Positions 19,512-28,693 of a DNA stretch of 64,000 nucleotides are shown here, in pieces (positions within the stretch are counted from its first letter, which is position 1; each line of letters starts with the position of its first letter). The stretch lies in the NCBI GenBank assembly GCA_964252075.1, contig CAXULY010000004.1, positions 154,585-218,584 of the forward strand, written 5' to 3'. Source of the DNA: an uncultured Deinococcaceae bacterium. Its GTDB lineage: Bacteria > Deinococcota > Deinococci > Deinococcales > Deinococcaceae. The translations under genes and the position numbers were made by a program. Under the pieces are notes generated by a model. The model worked only from the letters and a program-made list of their open reading frames with translations. It had not been told where the DNA came from and searched no databases.

Positions 19512-20382
19512 ATGGGTGGCCACCCTGCACCCACGCGCGCCCTTCGACTTCGCCCGCACCCTGGCCTTCGCGGAGGGCTTCACCCCCACCAGCCGCGAAA
19601 CGGGCACGGCGGACGGCACCCTCATGCGCCTGCTCAGCCAGCGCGGCCACGCCGTCGAGGTGCAGGTGCGCGCCGAGGGCGACGCGCTACACCTGCGCGC
19701 GCGCAGCGACGCACCACTGGACGAGGCCGCCCTGCTGTACCGCGCGCGCTTCTGGCTGAGCCTCGACGACGACCTCACGCCCTTCTACCGGGCCGCCCGG
19801 GGCGACCCGCCGTTCGCGCCCGTGCTGACGCGACTGCACGGCTACCACCAGGTGAAGTTCCTGACGCCCTTCGAGGCGCTCACTTGGGCGCTCCTGGCGC
19901 AGCGCACCCCGCAGGGCGCAGCGCGGGCCACCAAGCGCGCCCTCACGCAGACGTTCGGTCCCCAGCTGGGCGACCAAGCGGCCTTCCCGGAGCCAGACGC
20001 GCTTGCCACGGCCGGCGAGGCGGCGCTCGCCGCCCTCATGCCGCCGCTCAAGGCGCAGCGCCTGCACGCCGCCGCCCGCGCCTTCGCAGGCACCCCGGAG
20101 TCCTGGCTGCGCGACGCACCACTCGACGAGGTGCGCTCGTGGCTGCTGGCCCTGCCCGGCGTGGGGCCCTTCAGCGCCAGCCTGACCCTCATCCGCGGCC
20201 TGGGGCGCCTCGACGCGGGCGTGGAGGGCGACGGCATGGACGCCGCCCGTCTGCTGGACGCCGCGCGGCAGGTGTACGGAAGGGAACTGGACCCCGCCGG
20301 CCTTCAGGCGCTCGCCCACCGGTACGGCGACCAGCGGGGCCTCTGGGCGCACTACCTGCGCGCCGTCAGCACCTCAGGGTGA
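19504..20382 (+). CDS. AlkA-like HhH-GPD DNA glycosylase
   Basis: PFEALTWALLAQR, AFPEP, HhH LLALPGVGPFSA. Confidence 0.85.
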   Translation: MHEWVATLHPRAPFDFARTLAFAEGFTPTSRETGTADGTLMRLLSQRGHAVEVQVRAEGDALHLRARSDAPLDEAALLYRARFWLSLDDDLTPFYRAARGDPPFAPVLTRLHGYHQVKFLTPFEALTWALLAQRTPQGAARATKRALTQTFGPQLGDQAAFPEPDALATAGEAALAALMPPLKAQRLHAAARAFAGTPESWLRDAPLDEVRSWLLALPGVGPFSASLTLIRGLGRLDAGVEGDGMDAARLLDAARQVYGRELDPAGLQALAHRYGDQRGLWAHYLRAVSTSG

Positions 20383-20704
20383 AACGGCGTCCGGTGCGCC
20401 AGGACTGGGCAGCGGCGCTGACAGCGCCGTAAACTCCCGCTGGCGGCGCAGCGCGCTTGGCGGGCCAGCATAGCGTGAAGCGCACGGGGCCAACACACCT
20501 TCTGGGCACGCATCACTGAAGCCAGCATCCGGAAGCCCGTGTTCTCCAACGCGGTCAGGGTTGTCGCCCAATCCCACCGGCAACTTAGACGGTCCGCCGC
20601 CCGGATGCGCACGGTTATGCCCGTCCGCTCAGTCCTTCCACGGTCGGTGCGTCACACAGCGGGCCCTCGCCATGCAAGCAGAGCGACCAGCCATCGCCAG
20701 GGCT

Positions 20705-21661
20705 TCACGGCGCACTGGTCAGCTGCGCGAGGACCGTCCGGGCCACCGGGCCCACCAGGGGCTCGGGCAGGCGCGTCACCTCGAACCACCGGACCTCTGC
20801 CGCGCCATCCGTGTGGAGGGCCGCGCCGGCCGGCACGCGCGCGCTGTAGAGGGCGCTCACGTGATGCGTCTGCCCGCCGCTGGGGTCGGCGCTGACGTAC
20901 GCGGGGCCCGCGAGCAGGTCGAGGAACTCCAGGTGCGTGGCGCGCACGCCCGCTGCATCCATGAGGGCGCGCCGAGCGGCCTCCTCGAAGGTCTCGCCCA
21001 GTTCCAGGGGCGCGCCCGGCAGGTCCCACGCGCCGCTGGCTGGGCGCCGCAGCAGCACCCGGCCCCGCTCGTCCCGCGCGAGCACGGCCGCCTCCACGCC
21101 GAAGGTGGGCTGCGCGCCGATGGCGGCGCGCAGTTCCGTCATGTAGCCCCGGCCTGCCGGGGGTGCGGGCGGCAGCGGGAGGGCGGGCCATTCGGGCGCC
21201 GGGCGCCCCAGGGCGCGGCACAGGTCCCGCAGGGCCGCGCGGTCCAGCGAACCGCTGATGCCCGCCGGGGGCGCGTCCGGCGGGAAGAAGTGCAGCTCCA
21301 GCGTCTCGTCGTCGCCCTTCAGGTCGGGGGCCTCGGCGTTCAGGCGCGCCACGTACACCGCGCCCGCGAAGTAGATCTGGTCGCCGTTTGGGTAGGTGAA
21401 GTGCAGGTCCGGGCCGCCGTACACTCCCAGGCGCTCCAGCGGCCCCACCGTGAGGCCCGCCTCTTCGCGCAGTTCGCGGCGCGCGGTGTCCTCCAGCGCC
21501 TCGCCCAGGTCACTGCCGCCGCCCGGAATGCCCCACAGGCCGTTGTCGCTGCGGCGCTGCAGCAGCACGCGGTCCCGGGCGTCCAGCACCAGCACGCCCG
21601 CCCCCACGGAGAACAGCGGGCGCGCGCCGACGAGGGACCGCAGGTGCAGCACGTGACTCAT
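20705..21661 (-). CDS. Tandem two-domain Nudix protein
   Basis: Box 1 GGGSDLGEALEDTARRELREEAG intact; box 2 GAPLELGETFEEAARRALMDAAG degenerate. Confidence 0.88.
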   Translation of the reverse strand: MSHVLHLRSLVGARPLFSVGAGVLVLDARDRVLLQRRSDNGLWGIPGGGSDLGEALEDTARRELREEAGLTVGPLERLGVYGGPDLHFTYPNGDQIYFAGAVYVARLNAEAPDLKGDDETLELHFFPPDAPPAGISGSLDRAALRDLCRALGRPAPEWPALPLPPAPPAGRGYMTELRAAIGAQPTFGVEAAVLARDERGRVLLRRPASGAWDLPGAPLELGETFEEAARRALMDAAGVRATHLEFLDLLAGPAYVSADPSGGQTHHVSALYSARVPAGAALHTDGAAEVRWFEVTRLPEPLVGPVARTVLAQLTSAP

Positions 21662-21758
21662 GCCGCCCAGAATACGGGTGGGCGTGCGGCCGGCACGTCA
21701 GGCCACCCTTCTAGAAGCGTCCCGCCGCGCCCCGCGCACAGCCGCTAGCATTCTTGGC

Positions 21759-23009
21759 ATGAGTGAAGGCGACCCGCACCCCTACAGCTTCGAGACTGAG
21801 GCGGTCCACCAGGGCATCCCGCGCGAGGCGGGCGTGGGCCTGGGCCTGCCCATCCAGCAGATCGCGGCCTTCCAGTTCGACTCGCTGGACGCCGCCGCCG
21901 AGGAATTCAGCTCGAACGCCACGCACAGTTACGCGCGCCTGCAGAACCCCACCACGCGCGCGTTCGAGGCGCGCCTCGCGGCCCTGGAGGGCGCCAGGAG
22001 CGCCGTGGCGCTCTCGACGGGGCAGGCCGCAACCTTCACGGCAATGCTCTCCGTGTGCCGCGCCGGGGATCACATCGTGGCGACCAGCAGCCTCTTCGGC
22101 GGCTCGGCGGGCCTGCTGCAGAACATCCTGCCGCTCATGGGCATCACGTCCACCCTCGTGCCGAACGAGCCCGACGCCGTGCGCGCCGCCATGCAGGACA
22201 ACACGCGCCTCGTGTGGGCGGAGACCATCGGGAATCCGGCGGGCGACGTGGCGGACCTCGCGGCGCTCGCGGAGGTCGCGCACGCGCGCGGCGCGCTGTT
22301 CGGGGTGGACAACACCTGGGGCGGCGTGGGGTATCTGTGCCGCCCGCTGGAGCACGGGGCGGACATCGTGACGCACAGCCTCACGAAGTGGGCGGCGGGG
22401 CACGGGCAGGTGCTGGGCGGCGCGGTGCTGACCGGCGACCAGCACGACCTCAGCCACAACCCCATCTACACGGAGAACGAACCGAACCTGCTGGCGGCGC
22501 GTGGCGGCGCGGCGGCCCTCGCGTGGCGGCAGCGCTGGCTGGGCGCGCACCAGATCGGCATGACGCTCAGCCCGAACTCTGCCTTCCTGATCGCGCTGGG
22601 CCTGGAGAGCCTCGCCTTGCGCCTCCAGCGCGAGGCGGACTCCGCCCTCGCGCTCGCGCGGCACCTCCAGGCGCACCCCGCCGTGACGCGCGTGGGGTAC
22701 GCGGGCCTGGAGGACAGCCCGTGGTTCGCGCTCGCGCAGCGCTACCTGCCGCGCGGCGCGGGCGCCGTCCTGACCTTCGAGGTGCCGGACCCCGCGCGGC
22801 TGTTCGGGCGCCTGAAGCTCATCCGCATCGCCGCGAACCTCGGGGACAGCCGCACGCTCGTCATTCACCCGTGGACGACCACGCACGGCCGCATGGCGGA
22901 ACCCGCGCGGCGCGCGGCGGGCGTCACGCCCGGCCTGATCCGCATGAGCGTCGGCGTGGAGGCCGTGCAGGACCTCATCGCGGACCTCGACCAGGCCCTC
23001 GCGGAGTAG
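21759..23009 (+). CDS. Cys/Met-metabolism PLP enzyme (O-acylhomoserine sulfhydrylase-like)
   Basis: YARLQNPT, ETIGNP, VDNT, HSLTKW (PLP Lys), NLGDSRTL.IHP, RMSVG; TAGCAT -10 7 nt before the ATG. Confidence 0.92.
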   Translation: MSEGDPHPYSFETEAVHQGIPREAGVGLGLPIQQIAAFQFDSLDAAAEEFSSNATHSYARLQNPTTRAFEARLAALEGARSAVALSTGQAATFTAMLSVCRAGDHIVATSSLFGGSAGLLQNILPLMGITSTLVPNEPDAVRAAMQDNTRLVWAETIGNPAGDVADLAALAEVAHARGALFGVDNTWGGVGYLCRPLEHGADIVTHSLTKWAAGHGQVLGGAVLTGDQHDLSHNPIYTENEPNLLAARGGAAALAWRQRWLGAHQIGMTLSPNSAFLIALGLESLALRLQREADSALALARHLQAHPAVTRVGYAGLEDSPWFALAQRYLPRGAGAVLTFEVPDPARLFGRLKLIRIAANLGDSRTLVIHPWTTTHGRMAEPARRAAGVTPGLIRMSVGVEAVQDLIADLDQALAE

Positions 23010-23011
23010 GA

Positions 23012-23035
23012 GGGGTGGGCCGGGCGGCCCACCCC
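23012..23035. terminator. Stem-loop between convergent genes
   Basis: GGGGTGGGCCG-gg-CGGCCCACCCC. Confidence 0.55.
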
Positions 23036-23042
23036 CCGTTCT

Positions 23043-24884
23043 TCACAGGCGCCGCGCGAGGAAGTCCGTCAGCAGGCGGTAACTGCGGGTCTTGCCCGCG
23101 ATGTCGCCCGCGCCGTGCCCCTCGTCCTCGAACTCCAGGTACTCGAAGTCCCGGCCTTCCTCGCGGCCGTGCGCGAGGAGCGCGTCGCGGAAGCCGCGCG
23201 CCTGGTTGATGGGGCAGCGCGGGTCGTTCACGCCGTGCAGCATCAGCATGGTGGCCTTGAGGTTCGCGGCGTGCGTGACGGCGCTGCGGTCCCGCCAGAG
23301 GGCGGCGTCCTGCTCCGGGTCGCCCATCATGCTGCGGAAGTAGTACCCGAGCTGCGGCATCACGCGGCTGTTGTCGGCGTACAGCTGCGGGAGGTCGGAG
23401 ATGCCCACGATGGGCACGCTCACCTTGAAGAGGTCGGGTTTCTTCACGGCGATCAGGTACGCCATGAAGCCCCCGAAACTCCCGCCGAACACGCCGAGGC
23501 GCGCATCGTCCACGTACGGCAGGCCCCGCAGGTACTCCGCGCCCGCCGCGACGTCCTCCAGGTCGCCGCCGCCCCAGTCGCGGAGGTTCGCGTCGCGCCA
23601 CGCGACGCCGTACCCGGTGCTGCCGCGGATGTTCGGGCACAGCACCACGTACCCGCGGTCCGTGAGGAATTGCGCCTGCGGGTCGAAGCCCCGGAAGAAC
23701 TGCGCGGTGGGGCCGCCGTGCACGTGAATGAGCGCGGGCAGGCGCGCGCCCGGCTCCTGCGCGGCGCGCGGCACGTACAGCAGGGCGGGCACCTGCTGCC
23801 CGTCGAAGCTGGGGTAGCGGACGTACTGTCCCTCCGTGAAGTCCGCGGGGTCGAGCGCCCCGTACTCGGCGGGCAGCAGCACCTCGGGGGTGTCCGTGGC
23901 GAGGTCGTACAGCAGCACCTGCGCGCGGGTGGTGGTCGTGGCCTGCGTGAGCAGCAGCTTCGCGCCGTCCAGCACGAACTCCGTGCCGGCCACCACACCC
24001 TCCGGCAGGTTCAGGGCGCGCTCCGCGCCGCTCTGCACGTCGTACAGCACGGGCGTGAGGCTGCTGTCGCGGTTGCGGATCACGCTGAGCCAGCGCCCGT
24101 CCGGCGAGAAGCGCCCGGCGACCTCCTCGGTCACGCCGTCCGCCGGGGTGAGCCAGCGCACCTCGCCGCTCATGAGGTCCAGCAGGCCCACGCGAGTGTG
24201 CCCGTCCGCGTCGCTGCTCACCGCGACGTGACCGCCGTGCGGGTGCCAGGCGTGCAGGGCGTCCTGGCTGCCGTCCCGCACGTGCCACACGCGCGTCTGC
24301 CCGCTGCCGTCGGCGTTCATGACGTAGCCGTCGAGGTTCTTGAAGTCAGGCGTCTCGTTGCTGTTGAACGCCACGCGCGCGCCGTCCGGACTCCAGCCGA
24401 CCGCCTGAGCGGGCGCCGCGAAGCGCGTGAGGGCCGTCCACGCGCCCTCACCCTGCGCGCCCAGGTCCAGGCGGTACACGTTCAGCTGCCCGCCGCGCGT
24501 GCTGTTCACGAGGAGGCTCCGCCCATCCGGGTGGAACTCCACCGCGTAATCCATGCTGCCCTCGGCGTGCTGCGCGGCCCGCACCGTGCCGGACGCGACG
24601 TCCAGCACGAACAGCGCCTGCCGCTCGTCGCCGTCCGTGTCGCGGCTGAACGCGATGCGGCTGCCGTCCGGCGACCACACGAAGCCCGCGCGCGGGGACT
24701 TCGGCGCTTCGCCGTGCGTGAGCTGACGCCGCTCGCCCGTGGTGAGGTTCAGCGCGTACAGCTCGTAACGTCCGCTCACGTCCCAGTAGAAGGCGGCGTG
24801 CTGGCCTTCCTGAGACGCGCGGACGCCCAGCACGGTGGGCAGCTTGGCGAGTTCCTCCAGCGGGATGCGTTCGGTGGCCGTCAT
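23043..24884 (-). CDS. S9 family (acylaminoacyl/prolyl oligo-) peptidase
   Basis: WSPDG propeller repeats, VHGGP, NIRGSTGYG, GGSFGG, HGVND.RC, EGHG; TATGCT -10 before the ATG at 24884. Confidence 0.93.
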   Translation of the reverse strand: MTATERIPLEELAKLPTVLGVRASQEGQHAAFYWDVSGRYELYALNLTTGERRQLTHGEAPKSPRAGFVWSPDGSRIAFSRDTDGDERQALFVLDVASGTVRAAQHAEGSMDYAVEFHPDGRSLLVNSTRGGQLNVYRLDLGAQGEGAWTALTRFAAPAQAVGWSPDGARVAFNSNETPDFKNLDGYVMNADGSGQTRVWHVRDGSQDALHAWHPHGGHVAVSSDADGHTRVGLLDLMSGEVRWLTPADGVTEEVAGRFSPDGRWLSVIRNRDSSLTPVLYDVQSGAERALNLPEGVVAGTEFVLDGAKLLLTQATTTTRAQVLLYDLATDTPEVLLPAEYGALDPADFTEGQYVRYPSFDGQQVPALLYVPRAAQEPGARLPALIHVHGGPTAQFFRGFDPQAQFLTDRGYVVLCPNIRGSTGYGVAWRDANLRDWGGGDLEDVAAGAEYLRGLPYVDDARLGVFGGSFGGFMAYLIAVKKPDLFKVSVPIVGISDLPQLYADNSRVMPQLGYYFRSMMGDPEQDAALWRDRSAVTHAANLKATMLMLHGVNDPRCPINQARGFRDALLAHGREEGRDFEYLEFEDEGHGAGDIAGKTRSYRLLTDFLARRL

Positions 24885-24910
24885 GCGCGCCAGCATACGC
24901 CTCCCGACCC

Positions 24911-25426
24911 TCAGCGCCCTGAGGGCGGCCCGTCGTCCAGGTGCAACTCCAGGAACATCAGGTCCAGCCACCGCCCGAACTTGTGCCCCACCTGCGAGAA
25001 GCGCCCCACCACCCGGAAGCCGTGCCGCTCGTGGAAGCGCAGGCTGAGGGCGTTCTCGGCGTCCACGCCCGCGAGCATCACGTGCCGCCCCTCCGTCCGC
25101 GCGAGTTCGATGAGCGGCGCGAGCAGTGCGCTGCCCAGGCCGCGGCCCTGCACGTCCAGCGCGACGTACACGCTGTGCTCCACGCTGAGGCGGTACCCGA
25201 CCTTCGCGCGAAACGGCCCGTAGGTACTCCAGCCCAGCACGCGCCCGGTGTCCTCCGCGACCAGCACGGGCCAGCCGCCCGCCCGCTTCTCGTCGAACCA
25301 TTGCAGGCGGTCCTCCAGGCTCACGGGCGCGTGGTCGTAACTGGCGGTGGTGTGCAGCACCGCCCAGTTGTAGATGTCCAGCATGGCGGGCACGTCCTCG
25401 CGGGTGGCGGGGCGGATGAGGGGCAT
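24911..25426 (-). CDS. GNAT acetyltransferase (Pat/YncA-like)
   Basis: IYN, VEHSVYV..DVQGRGLG, N..SLRFHE..GF, VGHKFGRWLD. Confidence 0.92.
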   Translation of the reverse strand: MPLIRPATREDVPAMLDIYNWAVLHTTASYDHAPVSLEDRLQWFDEKRAGGWPVLVAEDTGRVLGWSTYGPFRAKVGYRLSVEHSVYVALDVQGRGLGSALLAPLIELARTEGRHVMLAGVDAENALSLRFHERHGFRVVGRFSQVGHKFGRWLDLMFLELHLDDGPPSGR

Positions 25427-25454
25427 GGCCGAGTGTAGAACGCCCCGGGGCGCT

Positions 25455-25718
25455 TCAGTCGAGCTTGAAGGGGCGCGGCTGGTCCTCTTCGGGGACGATG
25501 GGCGTTTCGGGTTCGTCGAGGTCGGGGCGCCGTCCGAACAGGCCGTTCGCGGCGTGGGTGGCGCCGAGGGGGTCGCTGGGGTGTTCGGTGCATGGGCGGA
25601 TGAAGAAGGACGCGGTGATGAGGAGGGCGGGCAGCGCGATGAAGATCAGCAGGGCGATCATGGGGCCTCCACCGAGAGCATAGGTGGGCGTGGCCCCTGC
25701 GGCCAGCTGACTCATCAT
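25455..25718 (-). CDS. Small single-TM hypothetical protein; start 25715, 25718 or 25724
   Basis: Hydrophobic [21 protein letters not shown] followed by an acidic Pro-rich tail. Confidence 0.65.
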   Translation of the reverse strand: MMSQLAAGATPTYALGGGPMIALLIFIALPALLITASFFIRPCTEHPSDPLGATHAANGLFGRRPDLDEPETPIVPEEDQPRPFKLD

Positions 25719-25746
25719 ACTCATAATCAGAAAATCAATTATGAGT
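25719..25746. promoter_or_regulatory. AT-rich inverted repeat, candidate NAD-regulon operator
   Basis: ACTCATAAT-cagaaaatca-ATTATGAGT between divergent genes, upstream of the nadM RBS. Confidence 0.55.
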
Positions 25747-25761
25747 GCAGGAGGACCGCCT

Positions 25762-26808
25762 GTGACTGGCCCGAACGACGCCCGCTCCCGCAAACGCACC
25801 TTCGGCGTGTACATCGGCCGCTTCGAACCGCCGCACCTCGCGCACCTCGCCGTGATGCAGGAGGCGCTCGAGTGGGTGCAGAAACTCATCGTGGTGATCG
25901 GCAGCGCCAGGGCCGCCCGCAGCACCAAGAACCCCTTCACCGCCGAGGAACGCCAGACCCTCATCCTCGACATGCTGGCGGAATCGGGCATTCCCGCCCG
26001 GCGCGTGCTGTTCGCGCAGGTGCGCGATTACTTCTACAACGAGTCCCTGTGGCTCAGCGAGGTGCAGCGCGGCGTGACGGCGCACATCAAGGGCAGCCAG
26101 GACGTCGCGCTGATCGGGCACATCAAGGACGACAGCAGTTACTACCTGCGCTCCTTCCCCGCCTGGGAGTTCCTGCCGACGCGCATCGAGAGCCCCCTGA
26201 GCGCCACGGGCGTGCGCCGCGCGTACTTCGGCGGGAACCCGCAGGGCGCGCTCGACATGGTGCCGCCCAGCGTGGGGGCCTTCCTCACCCGCTTCGCGCA
26301 GACGCCCGAGTATACCGCGCTGCGCGCCGAGTGGGATTACCTCGCGCAGTACCGCGCGGCGTGGGCGAACAGCCCCTACCCGCCGGTGTTCGTCACGACG
26401 GACGCAGTGGTCATCAAGAGCGGGCACGTGCTGCTCATCCGCCGCGCGGGCCAGCCGGGCGCCGGGCGGCTCGCCATGCCGGGCGGCTTCCTGGACGTGC
26501 ACCAGCCGCTGCTGCAGTCGTGCCTGCGTGAGCTGCGCGAGGAGAGCGGCCTCGGCCCGAACCTGGACCTCGCGGGGAAAATGCGCGCCAGCGCCGTCTT
26601 CGATTACCCGGACCGCAGTCTGCGTGGGCGGACCATCACGCACGCCTTCCACTTCGACCTGGGCATCGGCCAGCTCCCCACCGTGCACGCCGCGAGCGAC
26701 GCCGCCGAGGCCCTTTGGATGCCGCTCAGCGAGGTGCTCGCGCACCCCGAGTGGTTCTTCGAGGACCACCACGCCATCATCGAGCACTTCGTGATGAAGG
26801 GCCAGTAA
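25762..26808 (+). CDS. nadM: Bifunctional NMN adenylyltransferase / ADP-ribose pyrophosphatase (NadM-Nudix)
   Basis: [27 protein letters not shown]-terminal Nudix PGGFLD...RELREE, FFEDH; AGGAGG before GTG 25762. Confidence 0.93.
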   Translation: MTGPNDARSRKRTFGVYIGRFEPPHLAHLAVMQEALEWVQKLIVVIGSARAARSTKNPFTAEERQTLILDMLAESGIPARRVLFAQVRDYFYNESLWLSEVQRGVTAHIKGSQDVALIGHIKDDSSYYLRSFPAWEFLPTRIESPLSATGVRRAYFGGNPQGALDMVPPSVGAFLTRFAQTPEYTALRAEWDYLAQYRAAWANSPYPPVFVTTDAVVIKSGHVLLIRRAGQPGAGRLAMPGGFLDVHQPLLQSCLRELREESGLGPNLDLAGKMRASAVFDYPDRSLRGRTITHAFHFDLGIGQLPTVHAASDAAEALWMPLSEVLAHPEWFFEDHHAIIEHFVMKGQ

Positions 26809-26824
26809 CACAGGAGGAACCCCC

Positions 26825-28225
26825 ATGACCGCCACCATGACGCACCACATCAGCGACGCGAACGGCATCCTGGACACGGACAGCTACAAGTCCAGCCACC
26901 ACCTGCAGTACCCGCCGAAACTCACGCGGCTGTTCTCGTACCTGGAGTCGCGCGGCGGCAAGTACCCCGCCACGCGCTTCTTCGGGCTGCAGTACATCCT
27001 GAAGCGCTCCCTGATGCGCCCCATCACGCGCGAGATGGTGGAGGAAGCGCGCGAACTCATCACCGCGCACGGCGAGCCCTTCCCGTACGAGGGCTGGCTG
27101 CGCGTGGTGGACGTGCACGGCGGGAGGCTTCCGCTGGAGGTGCGCGCCGTGCCGGAGGGCACGCTCGTGCCGAACCACAATGTGCTGATGAGCGTCACGA
27201 ACACCGACCCGGAACTGCCGTGGCTGGTCGGGTGGTTCGAGACGACCCTCATGCGCGTCTGGTACCCCACCACCGTCGCCACGCAGAGTTACTATCTGCG
27301 CGGCATCCTCGCGGAGGCGCTCCAGCGGACCGCCGAGCACCCCGAAGCGGAGTTGCCCTTCAAGCTGCACGACTTCGGGTCGCGCGGCGTGTCCAGCCGC
27401 GAGAGCGCGGGCATCGGGGGCCTCGCGCACCTCGTGAACTTCCAGGGCACCGACACGCTGGAGGCACTGCGCGAGGCGCGCAATTACTACCACGCCGCCG
27501 TCGCGGGGTACAGCATTCCCGCCGCGGAGCACAGCACCATCACCAGCTGGGGCAAGGAGCACGAGGTGGACGCTTACCGCCACGCGCTGCGCACCTTCGG
27601 GCAGCCCGGCAAGGTCTTCGCGGTCGTGAGTGACAGCTACGACCTGAAGCACGCCATCAACGAATTCTGGGGCACCCAGCTGCACGACGAGGTGCTCGCG
27701 TCCGGCGCGACGCTCGTGGTGCGCCCGGACAGCGGCGAGCCCGCCGCGATGGTCCGCATGGCGGTGCGCGCGCTCGCCGCGAAGTTCGGCACGACCACCA
27801 ACAGCAAGGGCTACCAGGTGCTGCGCGGCGTGCGCGTCATCCAGGGCGACGGCATCGACGAGGAGAGCATCCGCGAGATCCTGGCCGCCATCATCGGGGA
27901 CGGCTTCAGCGCGGAGAACGTCACCTTCGGGATGGGCGGCGCCCTCTTGCAGAAGGTGGACCGCGACACGCAGAAGTTCGCGTACAAGGCGAGCGCCGCG
28001 ATCGTGGACGGGCACTACCAGCCCATCTACAAGGACCCCGTCACGGACCCCGGCAAGCGCAGCAAGGACGGCGTGCTGGACCTCGTGCTGGAGAACGGCC
28101 GCATGGTCACGAAGCAGTACACGACCTTCGACACGGACTTCCCCGGCAGCCTGATGCGGGTCGTGTACCGCAACGGCGAACTGCTGGTGGACGACACCCT
28201 GGACGACATCCGGGCGCGGGCGTAG
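26825..28225 (+). CDS. nadV: Nicotinamide phosphoribosyltransferase (NAMPT)
   Basis: DTDSYKSSH, LHDFGSRG, SIPAAEHST, VVSDSYD, RPDSG, IQGDG, FGMGGALLQ. Confidence 0.9.
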   Translation: MTATMTHHISDANGILDTDSYKSSHHLQYPPKLTRLFSYLESRGGKYPATRFFGLQYILKRSLMRPITREMVEEARELITAHGEPFPYEGWLRVVDVHGGRLPLEVRAVPEGTLVPNHNVLMSVTNTDPELPWLVGWFETTLMRVWYPTTVATQSYYLRGILAEALQRTAEHPEAELPFKLHDFGSRGVSSRESAGIGGLAHLVNFQGTDTLEALREARNYYHAAVAGYSIPAAEHSTITSWGKEHEVDAYRHALRTFGQPGKVFAVVSDSYDLKHAINEFWGTQLHDEVLASGATLVVRPDSGEPAAMVRMAVRALAAKFGTTTNSKGYQVLRGVRVIQGDGIDEESIREILAAIIGDGFSAENVTFGMGGALLQKVDRDTQKFAYKASAAIVDGHYQPIYKDPVTDPGKRSKDGVLDLVLENGRMVTKQYTTFDTDFPGSLMRVVYRNGELLVDDTLDDIRARA

Positions 28226-28249
28226 GGCGCCCCTGAGGAGGGCAGGCGC

Positions 28250-28693
28250 GTGGACACCATCCGCTTCTACACCCTGAATGCGCCCTACGGCGAGTTCAGC
28301 AACTTCAGCCGCCACCCCATCACGGTGGATGGCGTGCTCTGGCCGACCAGCGAGCATTACTTCCAGGCGCAGAAGTTCGCCGGGACGCCCTTCGAGGAGG
28401 AGGTGCGGGCCCTGCCGAAACCCATGCTGGCCGCGCAGATGGGCCGCCGCCGCGACCTGCCGCTTCGCGCGGACTGGGAGGCCGTGAAGGACGACGTGAT
28501 GCTCACGGCCCTGCGCGCGAAGTTCACGCAGCACCCGGACCTGCGCGCCCTGCTGCTCGGCACGGGCGACGCTCACCTCATCGAGCACACCGCGAACGAC
28601 CGGTACTGGGCGGATGGCGGTGACGGCAGCGGACGCAACCGCCTGGGCGAACTGCTGATGCAGATTCGGGACGAGCTGCGGGGTATGCCGTGA
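28250..28693 (+). CDS. NADAR (YbiA-like) family protein
   Basis: FSNF, WPTSEHYFQAQKF, RADWE, AKFTQH, LL.TG, DRYW.DG, GRNRLG.LLM..R. Confidence 0.93.
   Translation: MDTIRFYTLNAPYGEFSNFSRHPITVDGVLWPTSEHYFQAQKFAGTPFEEEVRALPKPMLAAQMGRRRDLPLRADWEAVKDDVMLTALRAKFTQHPDLRALLLGTGDAHLIEHTANDRYWADGGDGSGRNRLGELLMQIRDELRGMP

Noticed and set aside
25762..28225. nadM-nadV as a phage NAD-reconstitution locus or prophage
   Set aside because: No phage genes nearby; this pair is a normal bacterial salvage operon
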